A stretch of 62,557 nucleotides of DNA, the filler included, from Welwitschia mirabilis (taxonomy: Eukaryota), in NCBI GenBank assembly GCA_051453625.1. It is 3 parts of one record of this genome, joined end to end, with 100 filler letters (N's around TTAATTAATTAA, not from the genome) between each part and the next. Parts side by side here need not be neighbours in the genome. Positions count along the whole stretch, not along the records: positions 22,867 to 54,475 come from JBOZIK010000001.1; 2 more parts are not named here. The stretch is one strand, 5' to 3'. The position numbers and the translations under genes are program-made. Below the pieces are notes generated by a model, which was not told where the DNA came from, made no database searches, and saw only the letters and a program-made list of their open reading frames with translations. This document shows, in pieces, positions 38,200 to 50,796 of the stretch. Each line of letters starts with the position of its first letter. Within the stretch, counting starts at the first letter, position 1.

Positions 38200-41100
38200 T
38201 GCATCAAAAGGTTTTTCATATATTTTCAACCTTTGTCCATTAACTTTCTAAATCTCTCTAGTTTCTAAGTCAAAAATCTCAATAGAGCCATTAGAATGTA
38301 CTTTTTTTATAAGATAAGAACCTAACCATTTATAGGTCAACTTGTTATGTAAAAGATGTACTCTAGTATTATATAAAAGAACAAGTTGATCAAGATCAAA
38401 CTTTTTATGAAGTAACTTTCTATCCTATTTGAACTTAGCTTGGGCTTTATGAATTAGTTGACAATGTATAGCATAAGTATGTTTTTCATCTAAGTGTTTA
38501 AGTTGGGCTAATCTATTTTTAATATTTTTATAAAGATATACAATATTAGGTTGATGGAAAGAATGATAAGAGTTATAACACACATCAATAGGTAAAATAT
38601 AAACTTTTACATATACAAGTTCATAAGGTGAAAAACTAAGAGAATTACACCAAGTAGTATGGTAAGTTCAAAGAACATCATTAAGCTTAGAAGCCCAACA
38701 TTTTTTATTAACAAATATAAGTTTTTGTATCATTTTCTTTATTTCTCTATTTGCGTTTTCAACTTGACCATTGGTTTGTAAATGATAAGCACAAGCTGCT
38801 TTATGTTTAATTCTAATGGATAAAAGAAGTTTCCTAATAAGTTAATTAATAAAATGAGTTTCTTGATTACTAATGATAATTATAGAAAAACCAAAATGTT
38901 GAAAAATATGAGTTATAAGAAAAGTACAAATAATTCGAGAATTATTCCTAAAAGTAGAAATAGCTTCAACCCATTTAATAACATAATCAATGACCACTAA
39001 AATGTAGTTTTCATCATTAGAAGGTGGTTTAATAGGGCCTATAAAATAAATTTCTTAATAATCAAAAGGTTTACATTTAAAAATAGATTTAAGGGACATT
39101 TTATAAAAATGAATAAGGTTACCATAACATTAATAAGAGTCACACCTTCTAACAAAATCATAATAATCTTGAAAAAAGCTAGGCTAATAAAAACTACAGT
39201 GAAGGATTTTTATTAATATTTTTTGTCCCCAAAAATAACCTCTAAAATACCACCATGATAAAGATGAAGGATGTCTAATTTTTCTCATTCAAGTGTACAT
39301 GTTTTCATAATTTAATCTTTGCATCTATAGTAAATATGTGGCTCTATCCATTCATAATCATCTATTCCCTCGAGAGAAGATTTTATTTGATTATGAGTTT
39401 AATGTTGTGGTGTTCTCATGGTAATAAGATAATTAACTATGTTAGCATACCAAGGAGGAGAATGAGTAAAAGATATAGAAAAAATTTATTCATCTAGAAA
39501 AGAATCATCAATCATAAGATCATTAAGAAAAGAAGAAAGATGACACAAATGATTTGCTACATTATTATGCTTCCCTTCTTTATCAATGATGGTTGAATTA
39601 AGCTCTTGCATAAGGAGTATCCATTTAATAGGAATAGCACTAGAATCTTTCTTGATCATAAGATATTTAATAGTCATATGATTGATATAAACATTTGTAT
39701 GAAAGCCTAAAAGATAATTCCTAAGTGTGTCAAGGTAAAAGATTATTACTAATGTTTCTTTCTCAGTAATAATGTAATTCATTTGAACTTTAGACAAAGT
39801 TTTACTATGATAAGATATAACCTTAAAATCATTTTCATATTAAGAACCCCACCTACATTAATATTACTAAAATCATACATTAACTTAAAATATTTATTCT
39901 AATCAAGTCTCGTTACAATAGGTACAAAAGAGATTTTATCTTTAAGTGTTTCAAAAGCAAGCTGGAAAGATTTACTCTATTCAAATTTAGGTTCTTTTTC
40001 AAGCAATGAGTGAAGGATTTATAAATTTATCATAATTCTAAATAAAATGACAATAAAAATCACAATGTTGAACTTGTTTTACATTTGTTAGAGGAGTTAG
40101 GTTTTTAATCATACTTATCATTTCAAGGTCCATCCTAATTCCTTTATTGGAGATGTGGTGACCTAATACCATTCTATTAACTAAAAAAAAGACTCTTTTC
40201 TAAACTCAAATGTGGGCCACTGTCAATACACCTATCAAGGATTTTCTTTAACCTTTCTAAGATTTGTTCAAAGTTTTTAATATAGATTGACAAGTCATCC
40301 ATAAAAATTACAATAGAATCCTCTAACATATCAAAAAAGATACCCATCATTGCATGTAAAGTACTTAAAGCATTACAAAGTCTAAAAGGCATGTGTATAA
40401 AGGTAAGTGTTCTAAAAAGTAAAGTAAACATTATTTTACCTTGATCCTCATTAGTGATACAAACCTAATTGTAATCATTATACCCATCAAGAAAGCAATA
40501 AAAGACATGTCCTTGGATTTTATCAAGTATTTGGTCAAGAAAAGGTAAAGAACAATGGTATTTCTTAGTTACTTCATTTAATTTTTAACATTAATACACA
40601 TTCTTTACTTCCCATCTTTCTTAGGCACTAACATTAAAGGGCTAACTCACTCACTATCAAATAAGGCATAAATAATTTTAGCATCCATGAAATTAATTAC
40701 TTCATCCTTTATGACTTTTGTAAAGGCTATATGTAGTTTATGTTAGAGTTGCCTTTGCATTATCTTCAAGGTAGATTTTATGTTAAATAATGGAAGTAGG
40801 AATGACTATTAAATCTTTGTGATACCAAGTAAACACATTAATCTTAGAATTCAAAAGTGACATTAAAACTAATTCTTATTAAGGAAAAAGATTCTCACTT
40901 ATTATCAAAGGTTTGTTCTGAACATCACACAAAAAGATATATTTTAGGCACTAGGTAAACATTTCAGATTTAAATTCAAACTTTTATTTTTTATTAAATG
41001 TTTTTCAAAGTCGACTATTGTGTCAGACTATCGTCAGACGATCGGGGTGAATGGCCTCCCTCAAAATAAGAAATCTCAATTATTTTCAAATGTTGAACTT

Positions 41101-44100
41101 CTTTACAGATTGTAGTTTTATTTTATTCAATATTCTGATCAAAATAGTCAGTACCTAAATGCTCATAGTTGATTTGATCATCATTGAAAGCTTTCAAGTT
41201 TTCTACTTCAAGTAAATCATCAAACAAGATAAGTTCATGAAGCATTAACCATGTTTCTTCGAGTGGATAATGCTGTAAAAATAGAATTGTCTTAATTTCT
41301 CCTTCAATATTCAACTCATCACCTAAATCCTTTTTAGCATTATTAAAAACTCTAATGGTAAAATTTTTATTTTCTAGATAACATTTCATCATTCCATTTC
41401 TTTTATTGATAATACAATGGACTAATGTACAAAATTCTCCACCTAAAGTAGTGGATAATCTTCATTATGCTCAACTTCAATTACAACCACATCTATTGGG
41501 TAAAATTCTTTTTTAATTGAATCATCAAATCTTTTATTACTCTAGAATATTTCTTTACTAATGTATCTGCCAATTCTAAGACAATTCATATAGGCTCAAT
41601 TCTACTTTCTAAACCAAGTTGTTGACGAATATATAAAGGTATAATGTTAACACTCACTCCTATATTAATTAAGGCTTTTTTTATTCTTTTATTTTCTTCT
41701 AATGTGATATTNNNNNNNNNNNNNNNNNNNNNNNNNNNNNNNNNNNNNNNNNNNNNNNNNNNNNNNNNNNNNNNNNNNNNNNNNNNNNNNNNNNNNNNNN
41801 NNNNNNNNNNNATTTAACTCATCACCTAAATCCTTTTTAGTAGCATTGAAAACTCTAATGGTGAACTTTTTATTTTCTAAGTAATATTCCATCAGTCTAG
41901 CTTTTGTATCAATAATATAATGGACTATTACATAAAAATCTCTATTTAAGTAATGGATAACCTATTTTATGCTCAAATTTAATCATAAGAACATCTATTA
42001 AATAGAATGCTTATTTAATTTGCATCACCAAATCTTTTATTACTCCTAAAGGTTTCTTTACTAATGTTTCTATCAATTCTAAGATAATCTATATAGGCTA
42101 AATTCTACTCCCAAAATAAGTCACTAAAAAATGTATGAAGGCATAATATTAACACTCACTCCTATATTAATTAAGGCTTTTTTTATTCTTTTATTTTCTT
42201 CTAATGTGATATTAACTATTAGTGCCCCTAGATCCTTAAATTTTGGCTATTTTTTCAAAACTAAGTTGGTCATAGATTAGGCTAGGAAGACTTTACTAGG
42301 TATAGTTCATTGTTATTTCCTCCTAATTAGATCTTTCCACAACTTAGAGTATTTATAATTTTCTTGCAAAATTTTTCAAAATGGTAAATTTATGCTCACA
42401 TTTTGCATTAATTCTTTAAGATGTTTATCAAAAGTAGGATTGGTATTTAATCTATTAAGCTAAGAGGTAGCAGGTTTCTTACCTTTTTCTTGAGAAGAAT
42501 CTTTCTTATTATCATTTAAAGGAGAAGGAAAAGTATGACTTTCTAAGATTTCAATATTTTCTTTTTCTTTATTATTCTTATCACTTTGGAAAGTTGAAGC
42601 CTCATGGGTAGGAGGTATTGTATTATTTCTACTTTTTGTCACAACCTTATAATCTTTTCTTACTTCATCGAGTTTTGATAAATCTTGTATTGTAAGTAAT
42701 CTTTGTGGTGTTTGGCTTACAAGCATAGTTTGTTTAAGAACATTTACAAGATTTTCAATGTTTGAATTAGTCTTCTCTTGAGATTTTCTTAACTTATCAA
42801 TGAAATTTATAAGTAGATCATTTTGATTTTGTGAGTTTGTTGTGCTTCCTTGATAATTAGAGTTACTTGGTTGGAAGTTTGAATTATTTTTTTAAAATTT
42901 TGCATTCTCAAATATATTTCTAAATGGTTAAAAATTAACATGATTTACTTGAAAATTTTTAAATTCATTCTTAAAGGATTAAAAATTTGGTTGTTCATTC
43001 ATTCTAGGTTGAAATTGGTTTTGATTTTGAATTTTATTTTATTTTGTATTCTAAAGTTTGAAGACTTTTGGTTGAATGTGCACACCTCTTCATAAATTCT
43101 TTTTTTTGTAAGTCAGCAATAAAGGACACTATTTTATTACATGGTAGTTGTCTTCACATAAATTACAACTTAGAATCATGACCACTCTCTTTTCATTTTC
43201 CACCTTTGCATCTAAGATCATTTAAGTGTGTTTTTCTAGTGTTGTGAAATTCTTAATGACATTTGTTGGTTCTTTTTCTTTTTTTAGTTCCTCTTTTTCT
43301 TATTTTATTTCTTTAAGATCTTTTATAATTTATCCTATAATACAATTTTATTTAGGTGTTGGTTTAGGCCATGTTTGAATTATTTCTATAACTTTTTCCA
43401 ATAATCTCCATGCATTTTCTAAAGTAAGATTCATCAAATTTCCTCTACATGAAAAATGTACTAATTATTTGATTTGACTATTAAGTCTACTATAGAAATA
43501 AGCCATTAAGTCCATTATAGAAATAATCTACTAATTCCTCTTGAGTAAATACATCTATAGGATTAGAATGGATTGCAATGAAAAATTGTTCATAACTAGA
43601 GGAATAATCTTCATTAAGTTGTCGTTGAAAATTTGTTACCTCTTTATTTCTCTTTCTTATGATTGTTTCATTTATAAATCTCTTTATAAATGCTTCTTGA
43701 ACTTGATTTCATGTTTTTAAGATTTTGTGTAAAATAGTTCCTAATCATAATTTGGCTTTCTCTTTTAAAGTGATGGGAAAGATGACCATGTAAGTGTAAT
43801 CGCTAATTCATTTTTTTCCTACTTTTAGAAGTAAGCATTAATTGTTCAATGTCAGCTATATTAGAGGGGATCTTCATCATTTTCTCCATTAAAAATAGGA
43901 TAAGAGTTTAAATTTCTTAACTCGACATCATCTCCAGGATTTAGATCAAAAGGATTTCGAAATTCATGTTTTTTATTTACAATTAGTTTTTTAAGGATAA
44001 CATTAGCATTTGAGTTTATGAGGGTAGCAGAGGTTATGATCATAATAAGGGGATTAGGTGAAACAACCTATTTTTATTTTTGTGATGAATTTAAAATTCT

Positions 44101-44320
44101 AATAAAATAACTTTCTTCCAAACTATCTTCTGAAAAATCAAATCAAAAATCAATAAATGAAAAAAAATCTTATTTGCAATTCTTGGAATATTTTGCATAC
44201 TTGAGGTGTGTGGACCTGAGTTAAGTTTGTAGTCGATCAAACCTTCTTGGATGTTTTCTTTAATCAACAGCTCTCTCTGATATTTTATCAGAGTTTATCA
44301 TGTCTTAGTAGGCTTGGATC
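38200..44320 (-). pseudogene. Athila-like element B gag-PR-RT-RH-INT remnant
   Basis: YPIFNGENDEDPL (gag), ALINIGVSVNI (PR), MPFRLCNALST and IVIFMDDLSIY (RT), NYIITEKETLVII and HNNVANHLCHL (RH), YHLQTNGQVE and VNGQRLK (INT). Confidence 0.9.
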
Positions 44321-44601
44321 TATTGTGTAAGCATTATCTTTGTGGTCATTTGGATAATGCACCTAGATGGCCGTAAACACAAAAAACTCGAAAATGAAAA
44401 ACATTGAAAAATAGAATTGCAAAATAACATAGAATAAAATAGGCAGTTGTCAGTTAAGTCATTTAGATAATAAAGGAAATGATAAGAAAACCCTAGTCTT
44501 AAGAAAATGAAAAAAAATACTTAAGTCACATAGTCCATTATCATTGTGCATCATTTAAATAATGAGGTGAATGTAAAGGTGTTATCTTTACAATGTAAAA
44601 C

Positions 44602-44801
44602 AAAAAATGCAAAAAGGAAAACCTACATTTGTACTACAAGAATATAACCCATCACAGACAAATACCTAAACTGAAATACAAAGTACTTATTAAAGAAACA
44701 AAAAAAATGCGGAAAGGAAAATCTACATTTCTACTGTAAGAATACAACACTACTATAGACAAATACCTAACCAAGAATCCAAAGTACTTATCTAAGAAAC
44801 A
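44602..44801. repeat. Two-unit ~100 bp tandem repeat in the element B 5' UTR
   Basis: AAAAAATGC..AAAGGAAAA.CTACATTT.TACT..AAGAATA.AAC...AGACAAATACCTAA...AAAGTACTTAT..AAGAAACA occurs twice, diverged. Confidence 0.8.
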
Positions 44802-44826
44802 ACAATCTTAGAACTCCAAGCAGCCT

Positions 44827-44844
44827 TTCTTGGCAACATTGCCA
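44827..44844 (-). promoter_or_regulatory. Degenerate tRNA-Asp-type PBS of element B
   Basis: Minus strand TGGCAATGTTGCCAAGAA, 3 bp after the LTR end. Confidence 0.75.
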
Positions 44845-44847
44845 AGA

Positions 44848-46103
44848 TGTTACAATGTGTATTTTTGCAAATATTATGTCCTTAAATAAATCTTGTAAAT
44901 CACAAATATATATAGATTTTACATAATTTAACATATTAATATAGATAGAAGTGACCCAAATGTTATAATTCTATCGAAGGCGTGGCCGATAAGAAAACGA
45001 ATTGATTTTGAAAATGAAGAACCTTGTAATCTCTAAGTATAAATAAAATAACAATGCAAATAGGTACACTATGTAAATGAGATACAAGTCCTATTGTAAA
45101 TGAAACTTATATCCGATTATCAAATTAATCTATCATGGAGATTGATCTTGTATAACCTGGATCAATCAATGAAATCCGTCATCAGACCAAGACCAACCTA
45201 AGATATTAGGTAGATCAAACAAAATATGAAAATAATACAAAATTAATCTAGGAAATGAAATGAAATGCACTTAAACTAACAATGTCAACCTTAACAAAGG
45301 TTGCCCTTGTGACATATATCACCAATGAAGCTATCACAAAATCAAAAGCAACATAAATCATAAAGGAAATGCACATAATAAAAGATATAAAAAGAAAAAT
45401 AGAGTTTTGATTAAAGTGAACCAACATCTATGTTACAAAGCAGTAGCACCTTAATGAAGGATACACAACCCAACACCATGGAAGACAGCTCTCTGCAATA
45501 ATAATGAATGAACCTCCTAGTCTTCGATCTCCTGTCATAAGAATTTCTAGTGCCAAATAAGATGAAAACAAAGTCAAGAGAGGAGGAGGTATTTATTTTA
45601 AAATTGAATTCAAAATTATTAAATATAAACATACATGATAACAACCCTAACAACCGCACAAGACAATGTAAGCCACATGGCCAAATTTTGATGAATTTCG
45701 GTAAAGAGTTATTTTAGATGTCATCCTGCAGTTTGTTTGGACATCACAGGAGATGATGTCATATCATATGAGTTCCACATCAGTTGCTAGATTAATCCAA
45801 TAGGCATCCTCCTTAGCTTAAGTTTTTCTATCGTTTGTATAGTCGTCTAGATGATTAAGTGGATGATGGACTTTTATAAAGTGTTTTTTATGTCATATTA
45901 GCCTCTTTGATTGTATTATTATTACTTCAGATAGAAAGTATTATAAATTGCTTCAAATGCTGTCAAATGTAATGAAGATTGCATGTGTTCATGACATTTG
46001 TCTTAGCTCTTAATTATCATTGAAACAGAGCATAAACCTATCTAATGTCCTATAAAACTACTCAAAATACCTTATAAAATACATATAATTTGACAATGTA
46101 ACA
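44848..46103 (-). repeat. 5' LTR of Athila-like element B
   Basis: TGTTACAATG...AATGTAACA termini, adjacent PBS, colinear with 4148-5387. Confidence 0.85.
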
Positions 46104-48618
46104 TTATGTTAATTGTGAAAACAACCTTTCTCTTAATATGGAATTTCATCTTAAGGATTTAAGATATATCTTTGATGATGACTATTGTGGTGCAGATTTA
46201 TACAAATTTTATGTTCTTAGTTAAATCTTGTTAATTACAAATATATACACAAATATAATATAGTAATATAGATGAACATGGACCCAAATGTTGTATCCAT
46301 TGAAGTCACTAGGTGAGAAGAAAGAGAATTGCTTTTGATGAAATAAAGGTTTAAAATGAAAATCAACAATGCAAGAAAAGTAAACACATAATGCAAATGA
46401 AAAATGCAAACTATTCTAAATGCAATCTATTTGACTACCAAATCCCTATCATCAATATTAGCCCTGTATAATCTAGATCAATTAATCAAACTGTTACTAA
46501 CCAAAACTAACCTAGCTTATCAAGTACATTGAATAGATTATGAAAAACATGTTAGGATTTTATATTTCCAATTGATGTCAAACTAAAATGATCTTTGCAG
46601 AATGAAATATGATTTTATAGATGTAAGAAACTGAAGGATCCATATCCAAAAGATAGCCAAGATTTGGACTTGTTCTGATTAAAGTAACTTGATTTTCTAT
46701 CTAAGGACTTAAAGTAGGAGTCGACTGAACTTGGAAATACTCATTTTGTGCTACTTCATAAGGGGTCAACTAAATATTTAGGGGTCAACTAGACTTGGAA
46801 ATGCATTTTTCAAGCTTCTTCATATGTACTATATCATATGAGGTCGACCAAACTCATGTGGGATCGATCGGATCTAAAGAAAATTGGTCTATCAAATTTT
46901 AGATGGGGGAGACCGGACCAAGTAACGTGAGTTACTTAAGTCGACTAGATGAAAAAGGAAAAATTAGATCAAGTGATATGAATCACTTGGATCGACCAGA
47001 TGTTTTGAGGGATTGACTGGTCAAAGTAGGAGCAAAAATTTTCAAATAGTTTTCTAACTATTATTTCACCAAATCTATCTGTTTAAATGTCATATTTCTT
47101 CCCCACTATCTAACAGTTATGTTTTGAAAAAATCTATTTAAAGAGGTAACACTCAAAACCCTAATGTGCTTAAGATTAAATGAATTTTAAAAATGGAGAT
47201 TACACTCTTAATATGAAGAAATTATCTTTATACCATCATTCTTCTCTCACTCAACACTTACCTTTGTGCTAAATCTAAGTAATAAAGCTTCATTATTAGT
47301 TCTTGCATTTGATTAACTTAAGCGCATGAAGGCTTCATTCCCTCACTCACTCTTANNNNNNNNNNNNNNNNNNNNNNNNNNNNNNNNNNNNNNNNNNNNN
47401 NNNNNNNNNNNNNNNNNNNNNNNNNNNNNNNNNNNNNNNNNNNNNNNNNNNNNNNNNNNNNNNNNNNNNNNNNNNNNNNNNNNNNNNNNNNNNNNNNNNN
47501 NNNNNNNNNNNNNNNNNNNNNNNNNNNNNNNNNNNNNNNNNNNNNNNNNNNNNNNNNNNNNNNNNNNNNNNNNNNNNNNNNNNNNNNNNNNNNNNNNNNN
47601 NNNNNNNNNNNNNNNNNNNNNNNNNNNNNNNNNNNNNNNNNNNNNNNNNNNNNNNNNNNNNNNNNNNNNNNNNNNNNNNNNNNNNNNNNNNNNNNNNNNN
47701 NNNNNNNNNNNNNNNNNNNNNNNNNNNNNNNNNNNNNNNNNNNNNNNNNNNNNNNNNNNNNNNNNNNNNNNNNNNNNNNNNNNNNNNNNNNNNNNNNNNN
47801 NNNNNNNNNNNNNNNNNNNNNNNNNNNNNNNNNNNNNNNNNNNNNNNNNNNNNNNNNNNNNNNNNNNNNNNNNNNNNNNNNNNNNNNNNNNNNNNNNNNN
47901 NNNNNNNNNNNNNNNNNNNNNNNNNNNNNNNNNNNNNNNNNNNNNNNNNNNNNNNNNNNNNNNNNNNNNNNNNNNNNNNNNNNNNNNNNNNNNNNNNNNN
48001 NNNNNNNNNNNNNNNNNNNNNNNNNNNNNNNNNNNNNNNNNNNNNNNNNNNNNNNNNNNNNNNNNNNNNNNNNNNNNNNNNNNNNNNNNNNNNNNNNNNN
48101 NNNNNNNNNNNNNNNNNNNNNNNNNNNNNNNNNNNNNNNNNNNNNNNNNNNNNNNNNNNNNNNNNNNNNNNNNNNNNNNNNNNNNNNNNNNNNNNNNNNN
48201 NNNNNNNNNNNNNNNNNNNNNNNNNNNNNNNNNNNNNNNNNNNNNNNNNNNNNNNNNNNNNNNNNNNNNNNNNNNNNNNNNNNNATAGTGAAGCAACAGA
48301 GATCCGGAACAGTCTTGGTTATTGACTGTCTTCCGAGAGTGGAGTAGGATGTATCCCGAACCACTATAAATCTTGTCTTGTGCATTTCTTTGGTTCTACT
48401 TTTGAGTTTATTTTGTTATATGTTTTTATATCATATTTGCTTCCTTAGTAGTAATAGTTGCTTAAATTTTTAAGAAATCTTCTTCACACTCCCCCTCTCC
48501 TTCTCCCTTCACCCCTTCCCCCCCTTTCCCAGGATCACCTATCCTACATTTGGTATCAGAACTCTAGGTTAAGTTAATACTATGATTTTAACTAATCTTT
48601 GACTCAATTACCTTAGCC

Positions 48619-50030
48619 ATGATTTTTATTGCAGAAGGTATTTCTATTTCTAGGCCTCCATTATTTGATGGAACAAACTATGAATATTGGAAAGCTAGAA
48701 TGAAAATATTCTTAAGATCTCTTGATATAGATTATGAGGATATATTGATTATAGATTATAGCCATTCTATCATAACTCAAAATGATGCCAAAGGAAATTC
48801 TATAATAGTGTTGAAATCAAAAAATAAATGGACTAAATTAGATAAAGCTAATGCTAGTATTGATGCTCATGTTTGAATGCAAATTTCTATGCTATGACTG
48901 CAGATGAGTTCAAGAGAAGAAGGGGATATTCTTACTATTACTTATGAAGGAACATCCACTATTAAGCAAGCAAAGATGCAGATGTTGATTACAAAATTTG
49001 AAGAGATTAAAATGAATGAAGAAGATACTCTTCAAAAATTCTTTGCTAGCTAAATGAACATTATAAACTCCATGGTAAGTCTTGAAGAAAAGATGGAGGA
49101 AGCCAAGATAGTAAGGAAGATCTTAAGATTCCTTCCCAAGAGATTTAAACCAAAGGTAACTATGATCGAAGAAAGTAAAGATCTCAGTAACATGCCACTA
49201 AACAAACTACAAGGTAACCTTCAAACTTATAAGTTAAAATTTTCTAAGAATAGAAATAAAAGCTTTGCTTTAAAGAGTAGTAGAAAAATATTAAAAGTGA
49301 TAAATCAAAAGATGAATTAGATGAAGCAACTCTTTTAGCAGAAAATTTAAAGCATTTTTATTGAAAAGAAGATATAGAAAATTCAACATGATTTTTAGGC
49401 ATATAGAAAATAATGGTATCAACAATAGAAAATTGAAGAAGCTAAAGAATCCCTCACTACTAACCACTTGGGATAACCTTAAAGAAGATGAATAAGAAAG
49501 CTCAAATGAAGAATCTAAAGAACATCAAACATTATCTTTCATAGCACTTGTGAATCCCCCCATTCAGTCATCAAAACTCATAAGCATGATGATTTGGATA
49601 TGAGTGAAGATGAAGAAGAGATGGATGTTGAAGATTCATATCAGAAACTATATTAAGAATGTGAAAGGATTGCTGTAAACATCAATGAACTAAATAATAT
49701 CATTAAGGATTTGAGAAGGGAGCATGAAGTCTTAGATCAAAGATATAAAGAGATTCAAGAAGAAAATACAAGTCTCATGAAGAATTTAAGTCAATTTTCA
49801 TAAGTCTTAAGCAGATTTACAGAAGGATCAAAGAAACTTGAGAAGATGCTTGCATTGGAACAATTTTTACATGACAAAAAGGTATTAAATTTCAAGAAAA
49901 CAGTACATTAACTTCATCCAGTGAGGTAAGTATTAAAGTATAACATCTTCTACCAAAAATATCACTTGTCATTATTGCTGCAAATTTCGTCATTTAGAAT
50001 TTAACTGTCTATATAGAAAAAATATGTATT
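48619..50030 (+). pseudogene. Sirevirus gag remnant
   Basis: EGISISRPPLFDGTNYEYWKARMKIFL, KIVRKILRFLPKRFKPKVTMIEESKDL, coiled-coil region, and zinc knuckle CHYCCKFRHLEFNC near 49967. No protease, INT or RT follows. Confidence 0.88.
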
Positions 50031-50549
50031 TTTCAAACATTAATGCTTTATCATTTAAATTTGTTCCCAAACAAGTCTCTACCCCAAATTCAAGAAAGAC
50101 CATATGGGAGTCTTTTTTATCCAAGAAAATTTGAACTTTAGCAGTAGTTCGTTATTTTGATTAATTGTTATTTATTACAAATTTTTTCTAAATCATCAAT
50201 TATTATAATATGATGTACTTCTTTGAACCATCATTGTGATATTTACCTTGTTATTAGATTTTCATCATAATGGTAATTTTTTTGTGAATATTTATCTATA
50301 AGTTTTGAATATTCTTGTGTTTCACTTTGTAATTAAATCTTATTATCATAAACATAACATCAGTTGGTATTATTTTATAATGAATTAAAAATTATCATTT
50401 CATTTATGTACTTGCTTTGAAACTCTATCATGATTATTACTATTTTTTTTCATTCATATATATGGCATAAAGTTAGAAGGAGAAAATATGATATTTTTCA
50501 CCACATGTCTAAGGTTTATAGCTCTTTATTTCTCTTTCTTTATCCTTTT

Positions 50550-50796
50550 TCATTGATGTCAAAGGGAGAGAAAGTGTAGTGTTTTTCAAAAATATGCATG
50601 AACTAAAAATGGTTTGTTTCAAAAATATTTTTCCTTAAAAGGAAATACACCCTTTACTTAATATTCTTTGTATGGATTTATAAAAGGGGGAGCTTTTATT
50701 ATGGTAATATGCCTTATTAGAAAGAGCTTAATGATGAAATATTTGTTTGATCTTGAAATTACTTATTTGTTTGCCATTAATGTCAAAGGGGGAAAT
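50550..50796 (+). promoter_or_regulatory. Multiple polypurine tracts (Sirevirus signature)
   Basis: GTCAAAGGGAGAGA (~50558), AAAAGGGGGAG (~50682) and GTCAAAGGGGGAAAT directly before the LTR TG at 50797. Confidence 0.8.

Larger units (their letters stand above)
4148..46103 (-). mobile_element. Athila-like element B, complete outline with large nested insertions
   Basis: Two homologous ~1.25 kb LTRs (4148-5387 next to a PPT; 44848-46103 next to a PBS), minus-strand gag-pol at ~38200-44320 and an extra ORF at ~5925-7176. Flanks ATTTG/TTATG are an imperfect TSD, and the host reading frame rejoins across the insertion. Confidence 0.65.

Noticed and set aside
47318-48385. Long ORFs of 100-355 aa in the track (also near 21700, 27600, 36800, 41700)
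   Set aside because: They are open only because they run through N gaps.
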